Shown here in pieces: positions 9,246-17,254 of a stretch of 24,000 nucleotides of DNA. Under the pieces are notes generated by a model. The model did not search any database and was not told where the DNA came from. It worked only from the letters and a program-made list of their open reading frames with translations. This DNA is from Clostridium zeae (lineage in GTDB: Bacteria > Bacillota > Clostridia > Clostridiales > Clostridiaceae), in the NCBI RefSeq assembly GCF_017312485.1, contig NZ_BMBA01000001.1:672396-696395 (forward strand), in the 5' to 3' direction. Both the position numbers and the translations under genes were made by a program. Numbering within the stretch: position 1 is the first letter of the stretch; the number at the start of each line of letters is the position of its first letter.

Positions 9246-10271
9246 TTAACTATCAATCTCCAGCATCTCTCTATCCCTATTTATCTCCCTCTTCAATTCC
9301 TCTTCCGTAGGCATATAGAGTATATACTTTGAAGCAAATATTTGCTTGCTTTCTTCTAAGATTGAGTATTTTACTATAGTTTCATTCTTTTCGGAGCATA
9401 ATATAATCCCTATGGTTGGATTATCATCTTCTCCTTTTATTTCTTTCTCGTAATATCTCACGTAAAAATCCATCTGTCCTATATCTTGGTGAGTTAGTTT
9501 TCCTAGCTTTAGATCTATGAGAACAAAGCATTTAAGCAAATAATTATAAAAAACTAAATCAACATAGAAGTGTTCTCCATCTGCTGTTATTCTTCTCTGT
9601 CTTCCTATAAAGGAGAATCCTTTTCCAAGTTCCAATAGAAAATCTTGCAGGCTATCTATTAAGCCCTGCTCAAGATCTCTTTCTAAGAACTTCTTATTCT
9701 CTTTCAGATTTAAGAATTCCAATATATAAGGATCCTTTACCATATCATTTATACTTTTAGAAGGTTCTAATCCTTTTATTTCATTTCTAACTTCATTTTT
9801 ACTGTTTTCTTGAGTAGATAACAGTCTTTCATAATAGAATGAATTGATTTGTCTTTCTAACTGCCTTGTACTCCAATTGCTTTTTATACATTCATCTATA
9901 TAAAAATCTCTTTTCTTTTTGTCTTTAACTTTAATCAACAGTCTGTAATGAGTCCAACTTAATTCTTGACGCAGTGCGCCAACATTGTCAAACATCATAT
10001 AAAATTTTCTCATTCTTGATAAATTGCTTTTATCAAATCCACTACCAAAATCCTTTGTGAGATTTTTAGATAATTCATTCATCAATTCTTTGCCATACTC
10101 TGCTCTTTCACTACCCTCTAGTTCTTCATAAATTATTCTACCTATTTCCCAATAGGCTTTTACCATATAAAAATTTACGGCAGAATAAGCCTTAGAACGT
10201 GCTTCTTCTAATGTGCTTTTTATATTTTCATAAAGTACATTAGTTGAAATCTTGTCTTGCTTAGAACTCAT
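9246..10271 (-). CDS. DUF1016 / YhcG-family PD-(D/E)xK nuclease-like protein nested between hsdM and hsdS
   Basis: N-terminal helical region ([18 protein letters not shown]) and C-terminal nuclease core ([39 protein letters not shown]), both typical of YhcG. I chose ATG 10271, which has a GGAGG RBS 8 nt upstream and overlaps the hsdM stop by 11 nt. The ORF-track start at 10286 is a TTG without an RBS. Confidence 0.8.
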   Translation of the reverse strand: MSSKQDKISTNVLYENIKSTLEEARSKAYSAVNFYMVKAYWEIGRIIYEELEGSERAEYGKELMNELSKNLTKDFGSGFDKSNLSRMRKFYMMFDNVGALRQELSWTHYRLLIKVKDKKKRDFYIDECIKSNWSTRQLERQINSFYYERLLSTQENSKNEVRNEIKGLEPSKSINDMVKDPYILEFLNLKENKKFLERDLEQGLIDSLQDFLLELGKGFSFIGRQRRITADGEHFYVDLVFYNYLLKCFVLIDLKLGKLTHQDIGQMDFYVRYYEKEIKGEDDNPTIGIILCSEKNETIVKYSILEESKQIFASKYILYMPTEEELKREINRDREMLEIDS

Positions 10272-11778
10272 ATCCAATGCCTCCAAGATTCTTTCTTATC
10301 TCATCCTCTAATCTTCTTGATTTTGCAAATAATTCGCCAAGCTCACTTGTTAGAGCTTCCATCTTTTCTTCAAATGGAACTCCGTCATCTTCTACTTCCT
10401 CTATACCTACATATCTACCTGGTGTTAATACATATTCATGTTCTCTTACTTCTTCTAACTTAGCTGCTTTACAGAATCCTTGTATATCTTCATATTTTCC
10501 TTCTGTATTTCTATAATTATGATAAGTTTCAGCTATTTTCTTAACATCTTCAGTGTCCAATTCCCTATGTCTTCTATCAATCATTGCTCCTAGATTTCTA
10601 GCATCTATGAATAATATTTCATCTTCTCTGCTTCTAAACTTAGGATTATCCTTTTTATTTCTATTTAATATCCATAAGGATACCGGAATACCAGTTGAAT
10701 AGAATAGCTTATCTGGTAATGCTACTATTGCATCCACTAACTTCGCTTCTATTAAGTTCTTTCTTATTACTCCTTCATTGGAAGTATTTGAACTTAAGGC
10801 ACCATTTGCTAGTACTATTCCAGCGCAGCCATTTGGTGCAAGGTGATATACCATATGCTCTAGCCATGCATAGTTAGCATTTCCTTCTGGTGGAGTACCG
10901 TATTTCCATCTAACATCTTCAGTTAATTTATTTCCACCCCAGTCACTAATATTAAACGGAGGATTTGCTAAGATGTAATCTGCCTTTAAAGTTTTATGAA
11001 GATCCTCATGGAAAGTATCTGCATGATGTGGTCCTATATTACCATCTAGTCCTCTAATTGCAAGGTTCATCCTACAAAGTTTCCAAGTTGTTGAATTTAA
11101 CTCCTGGCCGTAAATAGATAAGTTCTCTATCTTTCCTTGATGCTCTTCTACGAACTTTTCACTTTGTATAAACATACCACCTGATCCGCAAGCAGGGTCA
11201 TAAATTCTCCCCTCATAAGGTTCTATCATTTCTACTAAAGTTTTAACTACTGAAGTTGGTGTATAGAATTCTCCACCGCCTTTTCCTTCTGAACTAGCAA
11301 ACTGTCCTAAGAAGTATTCATATACTCTACCTAACAAATCTTTTTCTCCATTTTTATGAAGCTTTACTGTTGAAATAAGATCTATCAGTTCTCCAAGTCT
11401 TCTTTTATCAAGCTCTGGTCTTGCATATCTTTTATCCAAAACACCTTTTAAAGTTGGATTTTCCTTTTCTATTAATATCATTGCATCATCTATGAATTGA
11501 CCAATCTTTGGATCCTTCGCATTATCTTTTATGAAATCCCATCTTGCTTCCTTTGGAACCCAGAAGATATTTTCTGATTCATATTCATCTCTATCTTCTT
11601 CAAATCCGTCCCCTTCTTCAACAAGTTCATTGTATTTAGTTTCAAATCTATCCGATATATATTTTACAAATATAAGCCCTAATACCACGTACTTATATTC
11701 TGCTGAGTCCATACTCCCTCTTAGTTTGTCTGCTGCTTTCCATAACGTTTCCTCAAATCCGATATTTGCTGTTGACAT
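10261..11778 (-). CDS. hsdM: Type I restriction-modification N6-adenine DNA methyltransferase subunit
   Basis: 505 aa. HsdM N-terminal domain ([10 protein letters not shown]), SAM-binding motif [10 protein letters not shown] and catalytic NPPF ([12 protein letters not shown]). An AGGAGG RBS lies 8 nt upstream of the ATG. Confidence 0.95.
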   Translation of the reverse strand: MSTANIGFEETLWKAADKLRGSMDSAEYKYVVLGLIFVKYISDRFETKYNELVEEGDGFEEDRDEYESENIFWVPKEARWDFIKDNAKDPKIGQFIDDAMILIEKENPTLKGVLDKRYARPELDKRRLGELIDLISTVKLHKNGEKDLLGRVYEYFLGQFASSEGKGGGEFYTPTSVVKTLVEMIEPYEGRIYDPACGSGGMFIQSEKFVEEHQGKIENLSIYGQELNSTTWKLCRMNLAIRGLDGNIGPHHADTFHEDLHKTLKADYILANPPFNISDWGGNKLTEDVRWKYGTPPEGNANYAWLEHMVYHLAPNGCAGIVLANGALSSNTSNEGVIRKNLIEAKLVDAIVALPDKLFYSTGIPVSLWILNRNKKDNPKFRSREDEILFIDARNLGAMIDRRHRELDTEDVKKIAETYHNYRNTEGKYEDIQGFCKAAKLEEVREHEYVLTPGRYVGIEEVEDDGVPFEEKMEALTSELGELFAKSRRLEDEIRKNLGGIGYEF

Positions 11779-11801
11779 AAGTAACTCCTCCTAAATGTTT
11801 T

Positions 11802-12236
11802 TTATTCAGCTATATTAAATAAATCATAAAAATACTCAAAATCATCTTCTAAATCTTTGTTAATTTCTGCATATTCTACAAAGGTTTCTTTATCATAGAT
11901 GCAATATATGTGTTTCGTAGTAAATTCATCTTTGTGATCAATCTTATACGCTGTCACAACTTTTTTAACGTGTTTTTTATAATCATCTATAACAACTCTA
12001 TATATGTCTCCATTAAAATTCTTTTCATAGTAATAATCCTTACTTTTGTTTGATCTCTTGTATACATAATCAGGTGCATATAATATTTCCTCAATTTTCT
12101 TAAGATTTATATCTGAATGTCTCTTTTTAATGTGATTAATGTAATTATTGTTATGTAGAACTATTTTTTCATGCAATTTTCCGTTTATTTTAAAACATAA
12201 TAGTTTATCTTCATAGAAATATTTCACAATTCTCAT
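11802..12236 (-). CDS. Small protein, possibly a PBECR-type (phage Barnase-EndoU-ColicinE5/D-RelE-like) nuclease or toxin
   Basis: 144-aa ORF 15 nt downstream of the HTH gene and 23 nt upstream of hsdM. The layout (...NHIKKRHSDI...ILYAPDYVYK...IYRVVIDD...VVTAYKI) matches my recollection of PBECR-family small proteins (H-x3-H block, PD-Y-V block, central beta strands). This assignment is by eye only. The true start may be GTG 12227, because the GAGG RBS abuts ATG 12236. Confidence 0.55.
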   Translation of the reverse strand: MRIVKYFYEDKLLCFKINGKLHEKIVLHNNNYINHIKKRHSDINLKKIEEILYAPDYVYKRSNKSKDYYYEKNFNGDIYRVVIDDYKKHVKKVVTAYKIDHKDEFTTKHIYCIYDKETFVEYAEINKDLEDDFEYFYDLFNIAE

Positions 12237-12251
12237 CCTCTATTTAACACT

Positions 12252-12845
12252 TTAAAAATTATTATCGTCAAAGACTTCAAAAATTTCATTTTCAAACTCA
12301 TCCTGTTCTGATCCAGTGGATACTCTATCTGGTAATAACTCTAGATAATGAGCCAAAGCCTCAATAGTTTTTTGGACAATAACCTCATGTTGAGCCTTTT
12401 CCATGAGTTCAACTATTAATTTATAGGTTTCTATATAAGGATTATCATCGACAATATCCATAGCATTTTTAAATCTAGAGATTAGTTTCGCTTTTTCAAT
12501 TGTTCTCTCCATAGTATTTATTTCTTCTTTATCGTAAACTGGAACCTTTTCAAAATCATTTATTTCACCTAATTGATACTTTTTTTCATGCTCTCTGATA
12601 ACAGGATTTAGATCCTTTTTAAGCTTCTCTTTCTGTATTTCTAATTTTTCAATTTCACTTAATTCTTTAGTAAAATATTGTTGATCTATTCCAAATAAAT
12701 CTTCTAATATCGGAAGATACTTTTTAGAAATGTTTTGCTTACCTTTAATCCAGAGATTAATATTTTGCTTTTTTATTCCTAGCTTATCAGCCAACTCTAT
12801 ATGTTGCATATTATATAAACCAAGTATATATTCTAATCCAATCAA
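12252..12845 (-). CDS. XRE-family helix-turn-helix protein (putative autoregulator, antitoxin or controller) with a ~130-aa helical acidic C-terminal region
   Basis: HTH_XRE pattern LEYILGLYNMQHIELADKLGIKKQNINLWIKGKQNISKKYLPILEDLFGI. I placed the start at TTG 12845, which has GGAGGTG 5 nt upstream. The ORF-track extension to 12941 (also a TTG) encodes a hydrophobic AT-rich artefact and contains the promoter. Confidence 0.8.
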   Translation of the reverse strand: MIGLEYILGLYNMQHIELADKLGIKKQNINLWIKGKQNISKKYLPILEDLFGIDQQYFTKELSEIEKLEIQKEKLKKDLNPVIREHEKKYQLGEINDFEKVPVYDKEEINTMERTIEKAKLISRFKNAMDIVDDNPYIETYKLIVELMEKAQHEVIVQKTIEALAHYLELLPDRVSTGSEQDEFENEIFEVFDDNNF

Positions 12846-12864
12846 GTGGTCACCTCCAGCAAAA

Positions 12865-12913
12865 TATTGTCTTAGCAAATATATTAATATTATAACGTCA
12901 ATTATTGTCTTAG
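12865..12913 (-). promoter_or_regulatory. Two exact 11-bp direct repeats CTAAGACAATA (minus strand), operator-like, overlapping the promoter
   Basis: The plus-strand sequence tattgtcttag occurs at 12865-12875 and at 12903-12913. One copy lies in the -35/-10 spacer and the other in the 5' leader just after the -10. The flanks are also similar (TTGA/TTTG on one side, AT/TT on the other). Confidence 0.45.
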
Positions 12914-12917
12914 TCAA
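12889..12917 (-). promoter_or_regulatory. Near-consensus sigma-A promoter for the HTH / PBECR-like / type I R-M operon
   Basis: The minus strand reads TTGACT (12917-12912), exactly 17 nt, then TATAAT (12894-12889). This is ~37 nt upstream of the GGAGGTG RBS and TTG start at 12845, and immediately downstream of the terminator at 13051-13089. Confidence 0.65.
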
Positions 12918-13050
12918 TATACATATGGTAATAAAAAGCAATTACCTACATCAGATTTTTGTTTATGTATCTGCATATTTAATCCTCAAAACTTTTCTAC
13001 CTATATAATAACATTCGCAAAGTAATCACTAGTAGCATCTATGTTTTTTG

Positions 13051-13089
13051 CAAAAATAAAAACTGCTAATATCATCCCCATTAGCAGTT
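13051..13089 (-). terminator. Rho-independent terminator ending the Mrr-like/McrB-like/McrC-like operon
   Basis: The minus strand reads AACTGCTAA, an 11-nt loop, TTAGCAGTT, then TTTATTTTTG. The 9-bp stem is perfect, its 5' arm overlaps the TAA stop at 13081-13083, and it is followed by a T-rich tract. Confidence 0.65.
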
Positions 13090-15504
13090 CATCTTCATTA
13101 TTCTTCTCATTACCTCTCTAGGTTTCCTATTAAATTCTTCCCTTGTAAACTCTTTAACATTATTATTAACCTCTACCCTTATATTGCTATTATCTATCTC
13201 AATCTTAATTTCATCACTTTTAAACCCTTTAATGCTGCTATCGTTACTTAACTTTTCGCCTATTTGCGTTTCGGTTAAAAAATTCACTCTTTTAAGTTCT
13301 TGCCATAACCTATATTCTTCTTTGGATCTTATACAAAGATCAGTTACAACTGAAGCATTGTTAAGTAAGAATTCTGTTGTATAAAGAACCTTTAGCACTT
13401 GATATCCCTTTACTTCAATTTTTTTATCAAGCTTTTTCCATTCCTCAATTTGAAAAACGTAATAGTCATCCTCCGATTCACTTGGTAATTCCTTTATAGC
13501 ATTTCTTTGCATTATCTTTATCTCTGAAACCTTACCATAGTAAATTATACCTGCTTCGTCACCAAATTGTCTCTTGGATTGAGCCAAAGCAATAAACTTA
13601 ACGTTGTGCTCAGCTAAGTTTACATTACTACAGCTAGTGTGATAAAATTTACTTTCTAAGTTTACCTTCAGTTGCTCTTTATTTCTTAATGCTCCTACAA
13701 GAACATTTCTATCTTTAAAGTATTCCTCTTTGATATACTCTTCTCTTCCTGTTGAATCTAGAGACCTCTCAAAATTTGAGTAGCCTGATTCATTTATTAG
13801 ATTGTCTAAAAACTCTTCCATCAATGATGTAGTTGAAGGAAGAAATGGTATACCTCCAATATTTACTTCTTCAATACTCTTATAAAAATCATGATTTCTA
13901 TATTCCTGCTCATCTTTATAAGGAAAAAGTACAAAAGCTCCAAAGACACTGTTATTAAGAGTTTCTGTTTTTTTATTTCTATATACTATAGCATCTCTGT
14001 ATCTATGCATTGTATTTATGTCTTCTTCCTTTGGTCCTATTCCACCATATTTTTTTTGATATTCTTTCGATGTATCAATCTTATACTTAGCATCAAATAT
14101 AAATTCATAAGCGTTCTCACTGCCCTGTTTATCTAAGACCAATATATTATCAGGCTTTTGAGTTACTGTCCTACTACCTTCATTATCAGAACCACTTTTA
14201 ATTGCTCTTGTTGATTTAATAGAATTATAGCACACCTTAAAGGTTTCTTTAGTTTTAGGATTTTCATATTTTAATGTAGATGTGGTCCCCTTTTTAAGTG
14301 AAACAAATATTCCTTCTCTATTAACTGTAATAAAATCTGAGCTTATTAGTTTGTATTTCTTTCTGAGCAAAGAGTTTATCTTAATAAAACACCAGTACTC
14401 ATAAAGCAAGCTTAACTCTTTCATTGATAAAGAAAAAATATTGCTATTAATGCTTAATCCTTTCTGGAGCATTAAATAGTACTTATAAATATCCTTATAT
14501 CCATTTGCCATACTAAAAACCATTGATATTGATGTATTTCTATAATCACTATTTACATTATTTAAAAAGGATGTTTTAAGTCTCTTATTTATTCCCCTCT
14601 TCATAATTGTTAGTTTATCAATAATATCACTATCTTTATTCCAGTACGAAGATGAATAAGTCTTAATAAACATATCTATCTTTTCGATAATCTTTATAAG
14701 CATGAACTTTAAATACTTATTTTCCTTTGTATCTAAAGTAACCTGCTTTGTAACCTGTAAAGCCTCAGTTGGTATATACTTTCCATTAATATTTTCTAAT
14801 AAATGTGGTCTTTTCTCTATCCATTTAATTGTATCCATACTGATATTTTTCAAGCTCTGATATTTATAGACTCTTGCATCCTTTGTAAGCTCATGATGAG
14901 GATTATATATAACTATATCAATAGCTTTCATCAGCCTTTCATATACATAATTTAATATACTGTAAAACTCAGTATAGCTATTACCTATCTTATTATTTAT
15001 TTCTGCACCCAAGTAGGTTCTACTTAAAAATCCATAAGCTAAATTATATATTTCTTCATTAACATCTTGTAGAATTGCTTTATAATCTTCCTTATAATCA
15101 ATTTTACTCGGAAGCACCTCAATAGTTACCTTCATGTGGATCTTTCCGTTTATCTTTATATAAAGATCTGAATATCCTATATCGCCCTTAAAATTAATTA
15201 TGCCACTTAAGATATTTCCGCCTCTTCCAGTTGGAGTCACTTTATTTCTTATGTTTGGATTTTCATGATAAAACTCTATAGCAGCTTTACCTTTTCTTTC
15301 AATTACTATCTCATAGTTGGTATATTCTTTAAAACAAAGATATTTATTACTATCCACTTCATATACCTTACCCTCTACCAAAACAGTAAGTGACTTTAAA
15401 TCTCCATATTTCACACTATCATCATTTCCCTTAATAGAGAAATAGAACTCATCAGTTTCTATAAATAAAAGCTCCAAACTATTGCCAGAAGGTTGTGAAT
15501 CCAT
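13081..15504 (-). CDS. McrC-like / DUF2357-type PD-(D/E)xK nuclease subunit with a long C-terminal extension
   Basis: 807 aa. Nuclease core KPDNILVLDK...YEFIFDAKYK followed by MHRYRDAIVY, as in McrC/DUF2357-DUF524 proteins. The ATG at 15504 has a GGAGG RBS (15515-15519) and overlaps the upstream McrB-like gene by 26 nt. About 230 aa after the core are unassigned. Confidence 0.85.
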   Translation of the reverse strand: MDSQPSGNSLELLFIETDEFYFSIKGNDDSVKYGDLKSLTVLVEGKVYEVDSNKYLCFKEYTNYEIVIERKGKAAIEFYHENPNIRNKVTPTGRGGNILSGIINFKGDIGYSDLYIKINGKIHMKVTIEVLPSKIDYKEDYKAILQDVNEEIYNLAYGFLSRTYLGAEINNKIGNSYTEFYSILNYVYERLMKAIDIVIYNPHHELTKDARVYKYQSLKNISMDTIKWIEKRPHLLENINGKYIPTEALQVTKQVTLDTKENKYLKFMLIKIIEKIDMFIKTYSSSYWNKDSDIIDKLTIMKRGINKRLKTSFLNNVNSDYRNTSISMVFSMANGYKDIYKYYLMLQKGLSINSNIFSLSMKELSLLYEYWCFIKINSLLRKKYKLISSDFITVNREGIFVSLKKGTTSTLKYENPKTKETFKVCYNSIKSTRAIKSGSDNEGSRTVTQKPDNILVLDKQGSENAYEFIFDAKYKIDTSKEYQKKYGGIGPKEEDINTMHRYRDAIVYRNKKTETLNNSVFGAFVLFPYKDEQEYRNHDFYKSIEEVNIGGIPFLPSTTSLMEEFLDNLINESGYSNFERSLDSTGREEYIKEEYFKDRNVLVGALRNKEQLKVNLESKFYHTSCSNVNLAEHNVKFIALAQSKRQFGDEAGIIYYGKVSEIKIMQRNAIKELPSESEDDYYVFQIEEWKKLDKKIEVKGYQVLKVLYTTEFLLNNASVVTDLCIRSKEEYRLWQELKRVNFLTETQIGEKLSNDSSIKGFKSDEIKIEIDNSNIRVEVNNNVKEFTREEFNRKPREVMRRIMKMNC

Positions 15505-17170
15505 CTCTCTGGAACCTCCTGATCATAAATATAATTTTTTCACTACTTAATTTATATTTACTGTTCTCACACTGTTTCTCCATAGCTTTTATCTGTATAT
15601 CATCTAAATACCCTTCACTTTCATAATCAGAGTCATTTAGATTATTAAATAACTTAATGAGTATATCCAATACTTCTCCTCCACTACCCCCTATCTTAGG
15701 TAGTATCTTTTGAACAATTGAAAAGTCCATTGCTTTTTCAAAGGAAAATAAATCATCTCTTACTGCATAGATTACATAAAACACAATCTCATCTCTTACT
15801 CTATATGCAAAATGCTGTTGGTACTTTTCAAGTATATTATTTATCTCAATCAATTTGTCTATAACCTTTAAGGCTATATTTTTTTCATGTTTACATTGTG
15901 ATAAGTTTAAATACTCAGACTTTAAAAAGTCATTGTGAAATTTTTTAGTTGAAAGCTCCTGTACTTCTGTTTCTTCAAAATTATATGTTAAATTAACCTT
16001 ATTAAATTCTATAGTGTTAGCTCTATCCAAGACCTTTTTACTAAAAGGAAATGTAGTCTCATCCATATTTACAGTACCAACAATATATAGATTTTGTGGA
16101 ATATACACATCTCCATACCAACCATAAGCAGCTTCATCTCTTCCAAACTGAGCCCTGTTTATAAGTTTCTGTGTAATAATCCCCTCATCACTTATTTTCC
16201 TTGTCTCCATAACTGATAAGATGTCACTAAAGTAATACTCTACCCTTGCTAGATTCATTTCATCTAGGCATAAGAAATAAGGTTTGTCTGGTTTTTTCAT
16301 TGCTTCATTGGCAATATCAATAATAATTCCTGGTACAAATTTGTTTTCGATATTTCTATAACCTAATAAATCTGTCGCATCCGACCAATCTGGCCTAACA
16401 GATATTAATCTAAATCTTCCATTGCCCCTATTTGCACCAACTGCTTCTGAAAAAAGTTCTATTACTTTACTTTTACCAGTACCTGATATACCTGAAAGAA
16501 TTGCAAATGGCTTAGTTTTTAGGCTAAGATATAAATTTGTAATTAAGTCTTTTGAATAATAGAAGCCCTTGCTTGAAATGTAATTATGAATAAAATCAAT
16601 CTCTGAATTGATATTAGTTATAGCTGCAAACTCATCTTCTGATTCTAAGTCTTCATATAGATCATCTTCAGGCTCTTCATCTTCTATAGTGATATTATCC
16701 TTATTAATAAGATTTATGATAAAATTATTAGGCTTATCTCCTTTAAAGAAATCTATATATTCAGAATACTCGTCTGGTATATTGACCGGCTTCTTGCCAG
16801 TGTCTTTTAAATAATTCATTATGTAATCATAGCTTACCGATAACTTATTTTGCAGCAATTCCTTTAAAGCCTTATTACTGTATAGTAACTGTATCGTAAC
16901 TCCTTTTCTATCTTTTGAGTTAGGCCATCTAATAACAGCATTATATTCTTTGTCTTTAAAAAACAATTTAATTTTTACTTGCTTACCTTTGGTAACTTCC
17001 TCAGATAGATTATCTAGAAAAACTTTATGATACCTTTCTGGTATTGTAGTTCCTTTATCAAAAGTACTATAGTCAACTCTTTTTCTTCCTAGAAAGCTTT
17101 TATCATCACTATTCATATCAACCCATGAATCTGGCCTTTTCTTTCTTTTGTTAACAATATTATTATCCAT
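15479..17170 (-). CDS. McrB-like AAA+ GTPase motor subunit with an unassigned N-terminal (DNA-reader?) domain
   Basis: Walker A GISGTGKS, McrB-type Walker B FLCLDEMNLARVE and signature GTVNMDETTFPFSKKVLDRAN. The N-terminal ~185 aa are followed by an acidic linker (EDEEPEDDLYEDLESEDE). I chose ATG 17170 (GGCGGTG RBS 6 nt upstream) over the ORF-track GTG 17179. Confidence 0.88.
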   Translation of the reverse strand: MDNNIVNKRKKRPDSWVDMNSDDKSFLGRKRVDYSTFDKGTTIPERYHKVFLDNLSEEVTKGKQVKIKLFFKDKEYNAVIRWPNSKDRKGVTIQLLYSNKALKELLQNKLSVSYDYIMNYLKDTGKKPVNIPDEYSEYIDFFKGDKPNNFIINLINKDNITIEDEEPEDDLYEDLESEDEFAAITNINSEIDFIHNYISSKGFYYSKDLITNLYLSLKTKPFAILSGISGTGKSKVIELFSEAVGANRGNGRFRLISVRPDWSDATDLLGYRNIENKFVPGIIIDIANEAMKKPDKPYFLCLDEMNLARVEYYFSDILSVMETRKISDEGIITQKLINRAQFGRDEAAYGWYGDVYIPQNLYIVGTVNMDETTFPFSKKVLDRANTIEFNKVNLTYNFEETEVQELSTKKFHNDFLKSEYLNLSQCKHEKNIALKVIDKLIEINNILEKYQQHFAYRVRDEIVFYVIYAVRDDLFSFEKAMDFSIVQKILPKIGGSGGEVLDILIKLFNNLNDSDYESEGYLDDIQIKAMEKQCENSKYKLSSEKIIFMIRRFQRDGFTTFWQ

Positions 17171-17254
17171 ATATTTCACCGCCTGTTATAGATTATATAA
17201 GTAATTTATATATCAAGTTTGTTATACATCACTATCAAAATAAGTTCATACTTC

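Noticed and set aside
12846-12941. N-terminal extension of the HTH ORF, and similar ORF-track 5' extensions at 3428-3457, 10272-10286, 17171-17179 and 22918-22950
   Set aside because: The extensions begin at non-ATG or RBS-less codons. Downstream starts have well-spaced GGAGG-type RBSs. For the HTH gene, the extension contains the TTGACT-N17-TATAAT promoter itself.
13081-17170. Calling the McrB-like/McrC-like pair a complete LlaJI-type R-M system
   Set aside because: No cytosine or adenine methyltransferase genes accompany it. The only methylase in the window (hsdM) belongs to a separate type I operon beyond a terminator and a promoter.
17192-17216. Internal promoter between the Mrr-like and McrB-like genes (TTGATA ... 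TATAAT on the minus strand)
   Set aside because: The -10 is perfect, but the spacer to TTGATA is only 13 nt, and no acceptable -35 sits at 16-18 nt. It cannot be excluded as a weak internal promoter, but it is not supported as a canonical one.
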